DNA of 63,887 nt, filler included, from Octopus bimaculoides (taxonomy: Eukaryota): the NCBI RefSeq assembly GCF_001194135.2. It is 9 parts of 8 records of this genome, joined end to end, with 100 filler letters (N's around TTAATTAATTAA, not from the genome) between each part and the next. Parts side by side here need not be neighbours in the genome. Positions count along the whole stretch, not along the records: positions 13,472 to 29,677 come from NC_068986.1; positions 29,778 to 34,754 come from NC_068994.1; positions 34,855 to 39,287 come from NW_026407190.1; 6 more parts are not named here. The stretch is one strand, 5' to 3'. This document shows, piece by piece, positions 25,061 to 37,629 of the stretch; position 1 is the stretch's first letter; the number at the start of each line of letters is the position of its first letter. The position numbers and the translations under genes are program-made. The notes below the pieces were generated by a model. That model made no database searches. It was not told the DNA's origin and saw nothing but the letters and a program-made list of their open reading frames with translations.

Positions 25061-25078
25061 ATAGTAATAATAATAATA

Positions 25079-25142
<64 letters not shown>

Positions 25143-25176
25143 TAGTAATAATAATAATAATGATGATGATGATACT

Positions 25177-25752
25177 GATACAATATGGCCAGATATGTCC
25201 ACTGGCTGTTGTGCGGTAAAGCAAACCTCGAGAGACACGAACAGCTAGAGGGAGTAATGGAAAATGAACATTACAAAATACTCTGGGATTTTAACATGCA
25301 GTGCAACCAAGTCATAGACGATCAGATATCGTTCTCATCCATAAAGATGAAAAAGAAGTAAAGATGATAGGATGTTGCAATACCAGGAGATTCAAAGGTG
25401 AAATGTAAGGAAAGAGAAAATATTGAGAAATACCAGACACTGCGGGACGAGACAGGAAAGATATGGGGCATAAGGAAAGTAATGGTGATACTGGTGGTAA
25501 TTGGAGCATTAGGGGCAGTTTACAAGGGCTTTGAAAAACATATTAAGAATATTGGAGCTGCTGTCAGGCTCGAAGTGATTCAGAAGACAGCATTGTTGGG
25601 TACAGTACGCATTCTAAGGAGAGTATTGTCTCTTTGAGTCACAGAAGAAGGCACTACTTGAAACCTTTGGTGATTTGTTATTGCCTGCTTTCAAGTAAAG
25701 AATAACCGGTAATTAAGAACTATCCGTGAGTCTTTCAAAATAGATAATAATG

Positions 25753-25803
<51 letters not shown>
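25177..25803 (+). mobile_element. R4/Dong-type 3' fragment with (TAA)n tail
   Basis: NMARYVHWLLC..ENEHYKILWDFNMQ..VAIPGD..KERENIEKYQTL..VVIGALG..IQKTALLGTVRILRRVLSL* (25637), UTR, (TAA)n 25745-25803. Confidence 0.88.
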
Positions 25804-25806
<3 letters not shown>

Positions 25807-26345
25807 GCACGGATGCAGTACCAGGCAGTGACTCTCATGACTTCTGATCTTAATTGATTGGGAGTGTGCATTGTTTTGTCTTGGTATAAAAAGATGGGCT
25901 GCAGCAAATATTCTGCTGAATACCACAGATTTGCTTGTCAATTGTTTGACCTTAAACAGTTGAGCATGTCCCTTGGTGGCTGACGATATGTGCATCAATG
26001 ATCATGAGCAGAAGTAGTGGAGGAGCATGTGTCGAGAGGAATTCTTTGAGGTTTGAATAATTCACCTTTGGAAACATGGGTGTTTCGTTCAACATCTTTA
26101 AACAAACCTCATTCAGGGACCTTTTGATTAGAAGAAGGCTACTTAACCTGAAGAAAATTCTAACTGGGCCCCACCTGCGAGATCATGCGCTGTTTACCTT
26201 GATATGAGATCACCATGTCGCGCACATATGGTTGTGATGCATGTGTCTGGTGTACCCTTATCAGACGAGTAGTCATGATGGGTATATTGGGCTTCGTATA
26301 TTTTACTCTAGTGTCACCTTGATGGTATGTGCTGCTCTCTCACTC

Positions 26346-26398
<53 letters not shown>
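25804..26398 (+). mobile_element. non-coding TAA-flanked interspersed repeat (no tRNA head seen)
   Basis: About 540 bp between two (TAA)n tracts, ending ctgctctctcactc(AAT)n. Its reverse complement recurs at 55023-55402. Confidence 0.75.
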
Positions 26399-26399
<1 letters not shown>

Positions 26400-26800
26400 C
26401 CTTTCTATTATAGGCACAAGGCCCAGAATTTTGGGGGAAGGGTTAAGTCGAATACATCGACCCCAGTACTCTATTGGTAATTAATTTATCGACCCAAAAG
26501 GGTTGACAGGCAAAGTCGACCTCGACGAGTTGCCCGATGATAGGAATTTTTCTTTTCCAACAGTTTAATGTGTTGTGCGTATAGGAAATAATATTTAAAA
26601 AATTTTTCCTACTGTGGGCACAAGGCCTGAAATTTTGGTAGAAATGGGGGCTAGCCGATTACGTCGACCCCAGTACTCCACTGGTCCTTACTTCATCGAC
26701 TCCGAACGGATGAAAGGTAAAACCGACTTTAGTGAAATTTGAACGAGGGGGCACAATCGTCGGCATACCGGACCAAATGTTTCGTGTCATTTCTTCTGGT
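26398..26800 (-). mobile_element. two family C SINE fragments
   Basis: ggcacaaggccc.gaaatttt..gtcgaccccagtact...ggatgaaagg cores at about 26398-26527 and 26605-26800. Confidence 0.7.
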
Positions 26801-27739
26801 TCTTTATGTCGCAGATGTCGACTCCCTCTTTCGCTCTCTCGGAGTCGATATAATCGAGAAGCCCCTTCTCATAAAATTTCAAGCTTTGTGCTTTTAATAG
26901 AAAGAATATTAATCATTGAAGCTTAAATATTTTCTAGTGAGTCTCTATTGTAATTTGACACAGTTCCGTTCTGGTATTTTTCTCACAACTGATCCTCAAT
27001 CTCACTTGATCCTGAGATTCCCTCTTGACAAGTTCAATATTTCTGAGTCTGTCCCAAATCAATTTATCAGCGTTATGGTCGACGATTTTTGAATTGTGGC
27101 CTAGCTTTATCTATAACCTAATACACTTATCTATGTTAACTTTTGCTCCTTGCCGTTTCTCCTTCTTCCCTGATTTTGACTTTATTTTTTTTTGTTTTTA
27201 TGTTCCATATTCTGTGTTCTCAACACCAACACGGTTTTCTTGACATTTTCTTATCTCTCTGAAGTAGACCTGGAGTAGACGCGACATCTCGTTGATGAGG
27301 TTGCGGATNNNNNNNNNNNNNNNNNNNNNNNNNNNNNNNNNNNNNNNNNNNNNNNNNNNNNNNNNNNNNNNNNNNNNNNNNNNNNNNNNNNNNNNNNNNN
27401 NNNNNNNNNNNNNNNNNNNNNNNNNNNNNNNNNNNNNNNNNNNNNNNNNNNNNNNNNNNNNNNNNNNNNNNNNNNNNNNNNNNNNNNNNNNNNNNNNNNN
27501 NNNNNNNNNNNNNNNNNNNNNNNNNNNNNNNNNNNNNNNNNNNNNNNNNNNNNNNNNNNNNNNNNNNNNNNNNNNNNNNNNNNNNNNNNNNNNNNNNNNN
27601 NNNNNNNNNNNNNNNNNNNNNNNNNNNNNNNNNNNNNNNNNNNNNNNNNNNNNNNNNNNNNNNNNNNNNNNNNNNNAATCAACATTGTATTTACGTTTTT
27701 ATCTATATCTTTTTGTACTTTCTGGATAGACAGAGTACG

Positions 27740-27902
27740 CAACGGAATACCGTACATTTTTTACATTATTTACATTTGACGGATATCTGTCCTCATCTTG
27801 TTTGTTGTTAACACAACGTTTCGGCTGATATACCCTCCACCCTTCATCAGGTGTCTTGGGGAAATTTCGAACCTGGGTTCTCATTCTTAAGATATTTTTC
27901 GA

Positions 27903-27955
<53 letters not shown>

Positions 27956-28012
27956 TCACTGCCTGGAATCGAACTCGGAGACTTGGGGTTCGTAGCCCGC
28001 ACTCTTAACCAT
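27740..28012 (-). mobile_element. tRNA-headed SINE-like element with internal (TAA)n and a hammerhead-containing 3' part
   Basis: Minus strand: GGTTAAGAGTGCGGGCTAC..GAGTTCGATTCCAGGCAGTGACCTG, then (AAT)n, then ...GACAC-CTGATGA-...-GAAACGTT-GTGTT. Confidence 0.75.
27810..27855 (-). ncRNA. minimal type I hammerhead ribozyme (Penelope/dimer type)
   Basis: GACAC-CUGAUGA-AGGGUG GAGGGUAUAU CAGCC-GAAAC-GUU-GUGUU. Helix I 5 bp (one G.U); helix II 4 of 5 pairs; helix III is the palindrome AACGUU. Confidence 0.7.
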
Positions 28013-28015
28013 ATG

Positions 28016-28400
28016 GCGTGCGTCTCCCAACAAGACTCTGCACCGTCTCATAAAGCTAGGATAACCCAAGCCTAGATGCATGCCAATCTCTATGATCATG
28101 TTGTCCCAGACACATGGCCTCCAAGCTCACCAGACTTCAATCCACTGGACTATTTATGTTTTTGGGTGTAGTCGAGAGAGAGGTCAATCAACAACCCCCA
28201 TAACACCGTACAATCTCTTAAGTCTGCCATAACTAGCGCTACGTCCAAAATTGATAAAAATCGCCTGATTCTGGCACGTCACCCTGCTTCCAACCCTGCA
28301 TTGAAGCAGACATTGATGTCATCGGTGGATTCATTGGAATGGTGTAATAAAAGGATCCTCAAGTTTATTTGTACCAATTTGTGTCCAAACACAGCGTATC
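28016..28400 (+). mobile_element. Tc1/mariner (maT/DD37D-like) transposase 3' fragment
   Basis: QQDSAPSHKARITQA..DTWPPSSPDFNPLDY..GVVEREVNQQPHNTVQSLKSAI. Subfamily assignment is from recalled motif similarity. Confidence 0.8.
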
Positions 28401-28505
28401 TTTGGTGAACTATGCAAGTTTTTAAATTCAAAGAAATGACCTCAAAAAACCGGTATGTTTTCGTCTGTATGAACTAATATGTGTGTGGGTGTGGGTGTCT
28501 TTTTT

Positions 28506-28705
28506 TACTCTTTTACTTGTTTGTCATTTGATTGCGGCCATGCTGGAGCACCGCCTTTAGTCGAGCAAATCGACCCTAAGACTTATTCTTTGTAAGCCTA
28601 GTACTTATTCTCTCTGACTCTTTTGCCGAACCGCTAAGTTACCGGGACGTAAACACATCAGCATCGGTTGTCAAGCGATGTTTGGGGGGACAAACACAGA
28701 CACAT

Positions 28706-28789
<84 letters not shown>

Positions 28790-28946
28790 GACGGGCTTCT
28801 TTCACTTTCCGTCTACCAAATCCACTCACAAGGCTTTGGTCGGCCCAAGGCTATAGTAGAAGATACTTGCCCAAGGTGCCACGCAGTGGGACTGAACCCA
28901 GAACCATGTGTTTGGTAAGCAAGATACTTACCACACAGCCATTCCT
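28506..28946 (-). mobile_element. SINE family A
   Basis: Full reverse complement of the family A head, internal (CA)/(TA)n and tail. Confidence 0.92.
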
Positions 28947-29119
28947 TCCTGTGTGTATTTACTTCTTTTATCTTCTTGTACTTGTTTCAGTCTATAGATT
29001 GCGGCCATGCTACATTTTAAGTCTGGTACCATGGAAACAGTGGTACTCTTCGGAACAGGTTGAACAGCAGTCTATGACCATTGCTTTGGTCTGATATGTT
29101 TTGCTAAGCCTATGTTACA

Positions 29120-29677
29120 GAGGATGATTTTAATGTAAGGGAAGACCTGGAATGAGCTCCAACAAGATGGACAAAATATGGAAGTCTAACATGAACAGAA
29201 AAGAGAAACTTAGATTTTTCTGGGCACGTGTAAAAAGTATTCTGCTGTATAATACAGAAATATGGATTTTACACGAAACCTAGAAATAATAATAGGTAGG
29301 TTATATATTAAATTATTGAGAAAAAAATGTTTACCATCAACTAGAGAGATCATATGACCAAGAGAGAGCTATACCAAGGCCTGTCATGACTGTCTGACGC
29401 TATTCAGAAGAGAGAAGATTGCGCTTTTCTTGCCCTTCCCACTGAGCTGGGGAGCATCTGGTTTGTAAGCTTTAATTTTGGTCAACATCAGGAGGGGGTA
29501 GTCGGCGCAGGGGAGAAGAAATTTAAGGGCCTCCCAAAAATGTTCAGAGAGGATACTAGTATAAAGTCTAATTCGGAAATCAAGGTCTTGGGGGGGGGGG
29601 GGATGGAGGTGAAGAGTGAAAGATATTATAGTCTCATCTGCGAATGACGGATGATGATGAAGATGATGATGATGATG
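29120..29677 (+). mobile_element. RTE-like LINE 3' fragment with (GAT)n tail
   Basis: KMDKIWKSNMNRKEKLRFFWARVKSILLYNTEIW...WRDHMTK.ELY...RRLRF, frameshifted; (GAT)n tail. Confidence 0.65.
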
Positions 29678-30694
29678 NNNNNNNNNNNNNNNNNNNNNNN
29701 NNNNNNNNNNNNNNNNNNNNNTTAATTAATTAANNNNNNNNNNNNNNNNNNNNNNNNNNNNNNNNNNNNNNNNNNNNAAAAAAAAAAAAAAAAAAAAAAA
29801 CAAAACAAAAAAAGCAATGCAAAAACAAAAGCAAAAAAGAAAGCAGCAAAAAAGGAAAACAAAACCTTTTGAAGCAATGCTCCAGCCTGACTAAAACTAG
29901 TAAAATTAATAACTGGTAATCATATAAGCTCAGTAAATTACTTTATTTCAGGAATATTTATAATTTCTCTTTCATAGTAACACATTTTCGTTGTTTTACT
30001 TCTTTTCAGATAGAGTTAACCATTAGTACGGAGATGGTGTTGGTTGGTAGATGAGCTGGGTTAAAACTTACCGTTATCAACAGCAACCATTTAAAATATT
30101 TCCTCTCTGAGAGCAATTTATGAGGTAGAAGTATAGTGTAGGCCTTTGATGTTACGAATAATTAATTATCAGTAACATACAGTAATACAGCTCCTGAAAT
30201 GAAAAGGATATATTCCGCTTGGCCGCAAATCGTATTGAAGCTAGCGGTAGCTGCAAGTAGCTGTTTGAAGTTTAGACTAAAAGCAACTAACTTCGTAAGT
30301 GGGGTTTAGTCTTCAAATTGAAACCAATGGCCACTACTTCCGGCAGAGGAATCTACGTTTCCGAACGCAGCTTATAAAAGACAGAGATTACTTCAAAAAC
30401 AATTTCTAACTGTGATTCAAGGCAAACATATATTTTTAATGAAATTTTGGCAAAGATAATATATGCACATTTAACCTGTATTTTATCCGCATCATATTCA
30501 TATTGATTATCTTGGTCAATAGAGAACTACAAGACTGGAAAAAAAAAATTATTTGTTTGCTCGAGTCTCTCACAAATATTACATATCAAGACAATAGCTG
30601 TATGCGTGTATAAGCATATTTGTACACATGCATACACATACAGACACATACACACATATACACACATATATATAAACGTGTATATATATATACA

Positions 30695-30765
<71 letters not shown>

Positions 30766-31022
30766 GGAAATATATATGTATATATATTTCCATACATATA
30801 CACACACTCATACATGTATAGGAAACCGACTTTTCTTCTTTCTCATCTCTCTATGTCTTCCCGTTCTGTTGAAGGACTAAAATCCGAAACGTTAAAACCC
30901 TTTTTATTCTTTTCTGGCGGCAAAGTAACAGAGTATTTGTGAAGTCCAGTCCATCCTGTGTATATATATATATATATATATATATGAAGGAAGAAGGAAC
31001 ACGACGAGGGGGAGGGTCCTAG

Positions 31023-31175
31023 CTTATATGAGCAACAGAATAGCTTGCCCGTGAAATTAACATGCAAGTGGCTGAGTACTCCACAGACACGTGTACCCTT
31101 AACGTAGTTCTCAGGGAGATTCAGTGTGACACAGAATGTGACAAGGCTGGCCATTTGAAATACTGGTACTACTCA
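31023..31175 (-). mobile_element. SINE family B 3' fragment
   Basis: gtgaaattaacatgcaagtggctgagtactccacagacacgtgtacccttaacgtagttctc. Confidence 0.85.
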
Positions 31176-31439
31176 TTACTGCTTCTATTACCCCTACGGT
31201 ACTTCCTCACATAATCATTAGACCTACCTATTACCAGATATCAACAATCAGGACATGAAAACCAACACCGTGCGAGTTTTATTAGAAAAGTATAGGAACT
31301 TGCTCGATTGATTATTATGAAAGTTTAATTTAGTTTTTTTTTTTCAATTTTTTTTTCCATTTTTTTTCTGTATGAAGAAGTTGTCTTCAACGACCAGAAG
31401 CGAGACACATTTTCTTTCTGGTTCCCATAATAAAGTCCC

Positions 31440-31640
31440 CCGAACGTTTTCTTTTTCTTATTTATTATTTTACTTGTTTCACTCATTTGACTGCGGCCAT
31501 GCTGGAACACTGCCTTGAAGTGTATTCGTCGAACAAACCGACTACAAGACGTATTTTTAAAGTCTAGCACTTATTCTGTCTCTTTGGCCGAACCGCTAAG
31601 TTATGGGGACGTAAACACACTAACACAGGTTGTCAAGCGG
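31440..31640 (-). mobile_element. SINE family A 3' fragment
   Basis: tttacttgtttc..tcatttgactgcggccatgctgga...ccgaaccgctaagtta. Confidence 0.8.
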
Positions 31641-32436
31641 TGATGTTCAATATATATTTACTCGCGCGTATCCTCTTAATTTTTTTATATATATACACAT
31701 ACATATATGTATAAGGTGATATTTATCACCACTTAAAAGTGGAAGCTCTTTTAGAAGACAAGATACTGCGTTATTTACGACAGCACCTCTCATATGGAAC
31801 TATTTCCTTAATGTATATTGATCCCTTCATCTCCTCAATTTGGTCTACATTATAATAGAAATTTTAGGCATAACTGCCCCTATCCGGTACGCGAGATCTA
31901 CTTTATGGTTCCATCCGACCTGCAAGGACAAACGTTTTAACATCCCTCATCTGAAGCACATTCTCGATAATTAACAAAATCGAATTCACATCCTACAACT
32001 TCAAATTCTTTATACTGAATCAGGTTAAGGAAGAATCCACGAGAATGGAATCTAATTATTTTGGTATTTTTATTTTTTTATATCACTAATTCTAGCTGTA
32101 TAATTAAATACAAGCAACACGAAGAGAATTTATATTTCCTAAATATGAATCCAATATCTTTCAACACGTACTATATTGTCGAAGATCGTTACAAAACAGA
32201 AACCAACTACACTTAAATTCCACAATGCCAACAGAACACGGATATGTGTTTATTCTAATCAAAGGGGAATAAAGACAAAATTATGTTCTGATCTCGAAAA
32301 CTCAATGAAACTAAACAACATATCTATTTGACTTCCGGTATATCATTGTCGGCGAAATAGCAAGGAAAGCTGTAAAACACATTTGCAACCACGAAGCAAC
32401 AGCTATTATCATATAAAAGTACAGATGGAATAAGAT

Positions 32437-32486
<50 letters not shown>

Positions 32487-33394
32487 NNNNNNNNNNNNNN
32501 NNNNNNNNNNNNNNNNNNNNNNNNNNNNNNNNNNNNNNNNNNNNNNNNNNNNNNNNNNNNNNNNNNNNNNNNNNNNNNNNNNNNNNNNNNNNNNNNNNNN
32601 NNNNNNNNNNNNNNNNNNNNNNNNNNNNNNNNNNNNNNNNNNNNNNNNNNNNNNNNNNNNNNNNNNNNNNNNNNNNNNNNNNNNNNNNNNNNNNNNNNNN
32701 NNNNNNNNNNNNNNNNNNNNNNNNNNNNNNNNNNNNNNNNNNNNNNNNNNNNNNNNNNNNNNNNNNNNNNNNNNNNNNNNNNNNNNNNNNNNNNNNNNNN
32801 NNNNNNNNNNNNNNNNNNNNNNNNNNNNNNNNNNNNNNNNNNNNNNNNNNNNNNNNNNNNNNNNNNNNNNNNNNNNNNNNNNNNNNNNNNNNNNNNNNNN
32901 NNNNNNNNNNNNNNNNNNNNNNNNNNNNNNNNNNNNNNNNNNNNNNNNNNNNNNNNNNNNNNNNNNNNNNNNNNNNNNNNNNNNNNNNNNNNNNNNNNNN
33001 NNNNNNNNNNNNNNNNNNNNNNNNNNNNNNNNNNNNNNNNNNNNNNNNNNNNNNNNNNNNNNNNNNNNNNNNNNNNNNNNNNNNNNNNNNNNNNNNNNNN
33101 NNNNNNNNNNNNNNNNNNNNNNNNNNNNNNNNNNNNNNNNNNNNNNNNNNNNNNNNNNNNNNNNNNNNNNNNNNNNNNNNNNNNNNNNNNNNNNNNNNNN
33201 NNNNNNNNNNNNNNNNNNNNNNNNNNNNNNNNNNNNNNNNNNNNNNNNNNNNNNTATATATATTTATATATATATACATAAATGTATGTGTACATATATA
33301 TATCTACATACATAATATCATATATATGTATGTGTATACATATATGTAAATATATGTCTGCTATCTAATTAAATCCCATATCTATCTCTCCCTT

Positions 33395-33479
<85 letters not shown>

Positions 33480-34087
33480 ATCTATATATATCTATCCTAA
33501 TCACCTATCTATCGTCTACTCAGTATAATTATTCCTTTATTGCTTTTCAGCTCACCAACTCCATTTTGACAACGTTTTCCATTCCTCCAACTACTGGAAA
33601 TCCATAAAATTGAAAAATCCAAAATGAAACTATCATTTAACGATATCATTTATTTGATTTTATCATTTATTATATTATCAGTCTTTACGGATAAGTTTTC
33701 TGATGTATTTTACCATTGCTAAAATCAAAAATCCTATAAACCATTAATAGCTAAGTGGATTAGAATAAATTAAAACATTAGATTCTCTAATTATTATTCT
33801 GCATTGTTTAACAGAACATTTTATCATTAAGTTTCATTCTGGTTTGTGCATGGAAGATTCCAGTTCAATTGTACATAAAATAATCCATGAAGTTGCCACT
33901 ATAGAAATAATGTTCACAGGCGTGGCTATGTGGTAAGAAGTTGGATTCCCAACATAACACAGATCTCTTCATTTATCTCTATTGTTATTGTTATATAATC
34001 TCAGATTATACTTTTATTCTAGGCCTTGTGCTTATTGCGCCAATAATAATAATAATAACAATAATAACAATTATTATTATTATTAAC

Positions 34088-34282
34088 GCGGTGAGAATCG
34101 TTAGCACGCCTGACAAAATGCTTAGCGGTATTTCGCCAGTCTTCTCGTTCTGAGTTCAAATTCCAACGAGGTCGACTTTGTTTTTCATCCATCCGGGTTT
34201 GATAAATTAAGTACCAGTTACGTACTTGAGTCGATGTAATGGACTCATCCCCTCCCCAAAATGGTTGCCTCTAGTAGCAAAA
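34088..34282 (+). mobile_element. SINE family C
   Basis: gaatcgttagcacgcc..aatgcttagcggtatttcg..ctgagttcaaattcc..gaggtcgacttt..gataaattaagtaccag. Confidence 0.85.
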
Positions 34283-35059
34283 TGTGAAACCGTTGTTTTT
34301 ATTATTATTGCTGCATGGCTGCATCCCGACATTTTGGATTTCACTATAAAACAATCTTGGCAAAGGTATAAATTTCACCCAACGCCTTCCTTTAACGGTA
34401 ATAATTGTAAGATAAACAGTGGGAGTCATTTTAAACTCCAGAATAGGAAGAAGATATTGGAGCCGAATAGTTCCAGCCGTCTCAGATTTCGGGTAGATCA
34501 AAGACATTTATGTCAAGATCTCGTTTCTTGGAAAGTAATTCCTGACTATCATTGTGGCAGTAGTGTTTTTGGAAGAAAAAGTGTTTAAACGATTTCGTAA
34601 AGGAAGCTGATCAATTTTATATTTGTTTGGATGGCTATGGTTAATCTGTGTTCCTTATACATAAGCAGATAAACACATACATGTATAGCTATATTTACGT
34701 ATATGTATATTTATATATACATGTGTGTGGACTTATATATATATATATATATATNNNNNNNNNNNNNNNNNNNNNNNNNNNNNNNNNNNNNNNNNNNNTT
34801 AATTAATTAANNNNNNNNNNNNNNNNNNNNNNNNNNNNNNNNNNNNNNNNNNNNTATATACACATATATATATATACATACATATATATATACATATACA
34901 TACATATATATATATATGTATATATGTATGTATATATTATTAAAAAAAACATATATAACTTAATAAACACAGTATATATAGTTTGTGTGTTTATTAGATA
35001 ATATTTATCTGTCACCAGATGGAGTACTGTTTTGGTTGATCTTGCATTCACAGAACAGT

Positions 35060-35097
<38 letters not shown>

Positions 35098-35366
35098 ATA
35101 TGTATACACACATACACACACACACACACACACAGACATATATATATCATCATCATCATCATTCGAAGTCTGTTTATCATAGTACCACAGGTTGAACAGT
35201 TTCATAGGAGTCAACAACGTACGGGGCCGTGCTGAGCTACAATGGCCAGCTTTGGCATGACTTCTACAGCTGGATGCCCTTTCATATCACAGACCGCTTT
35301 ACAATCTGTACTTGGTACTTCTTTGTGCCAATAACTTGCAAGAAAGAACAAAAATGTTGTTGTTGT

Positions 35367-35632
35367 TGGCACTCCGTCGCTTACGACGTCAAGGGTTCGA
35401 GTTGATCCGATCAACGGAACAGCCTGCTCATGAAGTTAACGTGCAAGTGGCTGAGCACTCCACAGACACGTGTACCCTTAACGTAGTTCTCGGGGGATAT
35501 TCAGCGTGACACAGAGTGTGACAAGGCTGACCCTTTGAAATACAGGTACAACAGAAACAGGGAGTAAGAGTGAGAGAAAGTTGTGATGAAAGAGTACAGC
35601 AGGGTTCGCCACCACCCACTGCCGGAGCCTCG
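35367..35632 (-). mobile_element. SINE family B variant (same body as 358-736), cut by gap
   Basis: Shares gagtgagagaaagttgtg.tgaaagagtacagcagggttcgccac with the 358-736 copy. Confidence 0.85.
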
Positions 35633-36627
35633 NNNNNNNNNNNNNNNNNNNNNNNNNNNNNNNNNNNNNNNNNNNNNNNNNNNNNNNNNNNNNNNNNNNN
35701 NNNNNNNNNNNNNNNNNNNNNNNNNNNNNNNNNNNNNNNNNNNNNNNNNNNNNNNNNNNNNNNNNNNNNNNNNNNNNNNNNNNNNNNNNNNNNNNNNNNN
35801 NNNNNNNNNNNNNNNNNNNNNNNNNNNNNNNNNNNNNNNNNNNNNNNNNNNNNNNNNNNNNNNNNNNNNNNNNNNNNNNNNNNNNNNNNNNNNNNNNNNN
35901 NNNNNNNNNNNNNNNNNNNNNNNNNNNNNNNNNNNNNNNNNNNNNNNNNNNNNNNNNNNNNNNNNNNNNNNNNNNNNNNNNNNNNNNNNNNNNNNNNNNN
36001 NNNNNNNNNNNNNNNNNNNNNNNNNNNNNNNNNNNNNNNNNNNNNNNNNNNNNNNNNNNNNNNNNNNNNNNNNNNNNNNNNNNNNNNNNNNNNNNNNNNN
36101 NNNNNNNNNNNNNNNNNNNNNNNNNNNNNNNNNNNNNNNNNNNNNNNNNNNNNNNNNNNNNNNNNNNNNNNNNNNNNNNNNNNNNNNNNNNNNNNNNNNN
36201 NNNNNNNNNNNNNNNNNNNNNNNNNNNNNNNNNNNNNNNNNNNNNNNNNNNNNNNNNNNNNNNNNNNNNNNNNNNNNNNNNNNNNNNNNNNNNNNNNNNN
36301 NNNNNNNNNNNNNNNNNNNNNNNNNNNNNNNNNNNNNNNNNNNNNNNNNNNNNNNNNNNNNNNNNNNNNNNNNNNNNNNNNNNNNNNNNNNNNNNNNNNN
36401 NNNNNNAAACATCAATATCAGAGAGTGAGGATGGGGCCCACAGTAGATGGAAAAGAAGTGGGGGGTCAAGGCAAAAGAGACAGCAAAGGCTCATGAAGAA
36501 GGATGAATCAGAAGGGGGTGATAGGTAAGTGGTGGGGGCAGTGGAGAGAGAGAGAGGGGGCACGAGGTACATAGGGGTGTTTATTCTGGGTGGGGCAGGA
36601 CGGCGAATATGATGGAGTTTTGACCAT

Positions 36628-36985
36628 GGTGCAGGTGTGGCTCTATGGTAAGAAGCTTGCTTCCCAACCACATGGTTCCAGGTTCAGTCCCACTGCATCG
36701 CACCTTGGACAAGTGTCTTCTACTATAGCCTCAGGTCAACCAAAGCCTTGTGAGTAGTGGATTTGGTAGATGGAAACTAAAAGAAGCTCGTCATATATGT
36801 ATCTCCTTGTTGCTGAGTTTACGTACCCGTAACCTAGTAGTTCAGGAAAAGAGATCGATAGAATAAGTACTAGGCTTACAAAGAGTAAGTCCTGGGGTCG
36901 ATTTCTTCGACTAAAACCCTTTAAGGCGGTGCTCCAGCATGGCCACAGTCAAGTAACTGAAACAAGTAAAAGAATAAAAGTAAAA
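36628..36985 (+). mobile_element. SINE family A
   Basis: Head, accttgg.caagtgtcttctactatagc and tail all recognisable; internal microsatellite nearly absent. Confidence 0.88.
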
Positions 36986-37044
36986 TGGTAGGAGATACGT
37001 GAGGTGTTAAGATGGAGTGTTGTAGAGACAAGAGATGTCTGAGG

Positions 37045-37341
37045 CGGGGGTTTTCAAACTTTTTGACTTGCGGACCCCTTTATATTTCAGGCTTTACCTT
37101 AGGGACCCCCTTATAAACGCTTATGAAATTTATACATAAATATTTGCTTAAAATAACATATATTTTTACATTTATTTATTTAACAGTATTTAACAAATAG
37201 GTTTATTGTCAATTAAAAGATTTCGATTAAAAAATATATATAACATCAAATTGCCCATAAAAAGCATTTGCTGTCTACGGACCCTCTGTCTTGTCCTTGC
37301 GGACTCCCTGTGGTCCGCGGACCACAGTTTGAAAACCCCTG
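37045..37341. mobile_element. hAT (Charlie-like) MITE, 297 bp
   Basis: TIRs cgggggttttcaaact / agtttgaaaacccctg (1 mismatch); exact 8-bp TSD GTCTGAGG at 37037-37044 and 37342-37349. Confidence 0.92.
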
Positions 37342-37629
37342 GTCTGAGGTATCTGAAGACACAGAAAGGTGATGGGTGAAAACAGTGAGGGAAGAAAAGG
37401 GAGGATAATAAGAATAATGGGTAGATGGTCCCAGGGGAGAGAAGAACTGGTAGTGAAAGGAAATGGGAAGGTGTAGCATGTGCAGATTCAAGCAATAACA
37501 CCCACCAATTAGTGCCATAGATAGAAGAGCGAATGTGGGAGACATGTTAGAAAAAGAATTTTTGGTGAAAAGCTTGACAAGACAGAATGGTTTACAAGTC
37601 TTCACAGATTGGTTTTAAGACATTATTTT

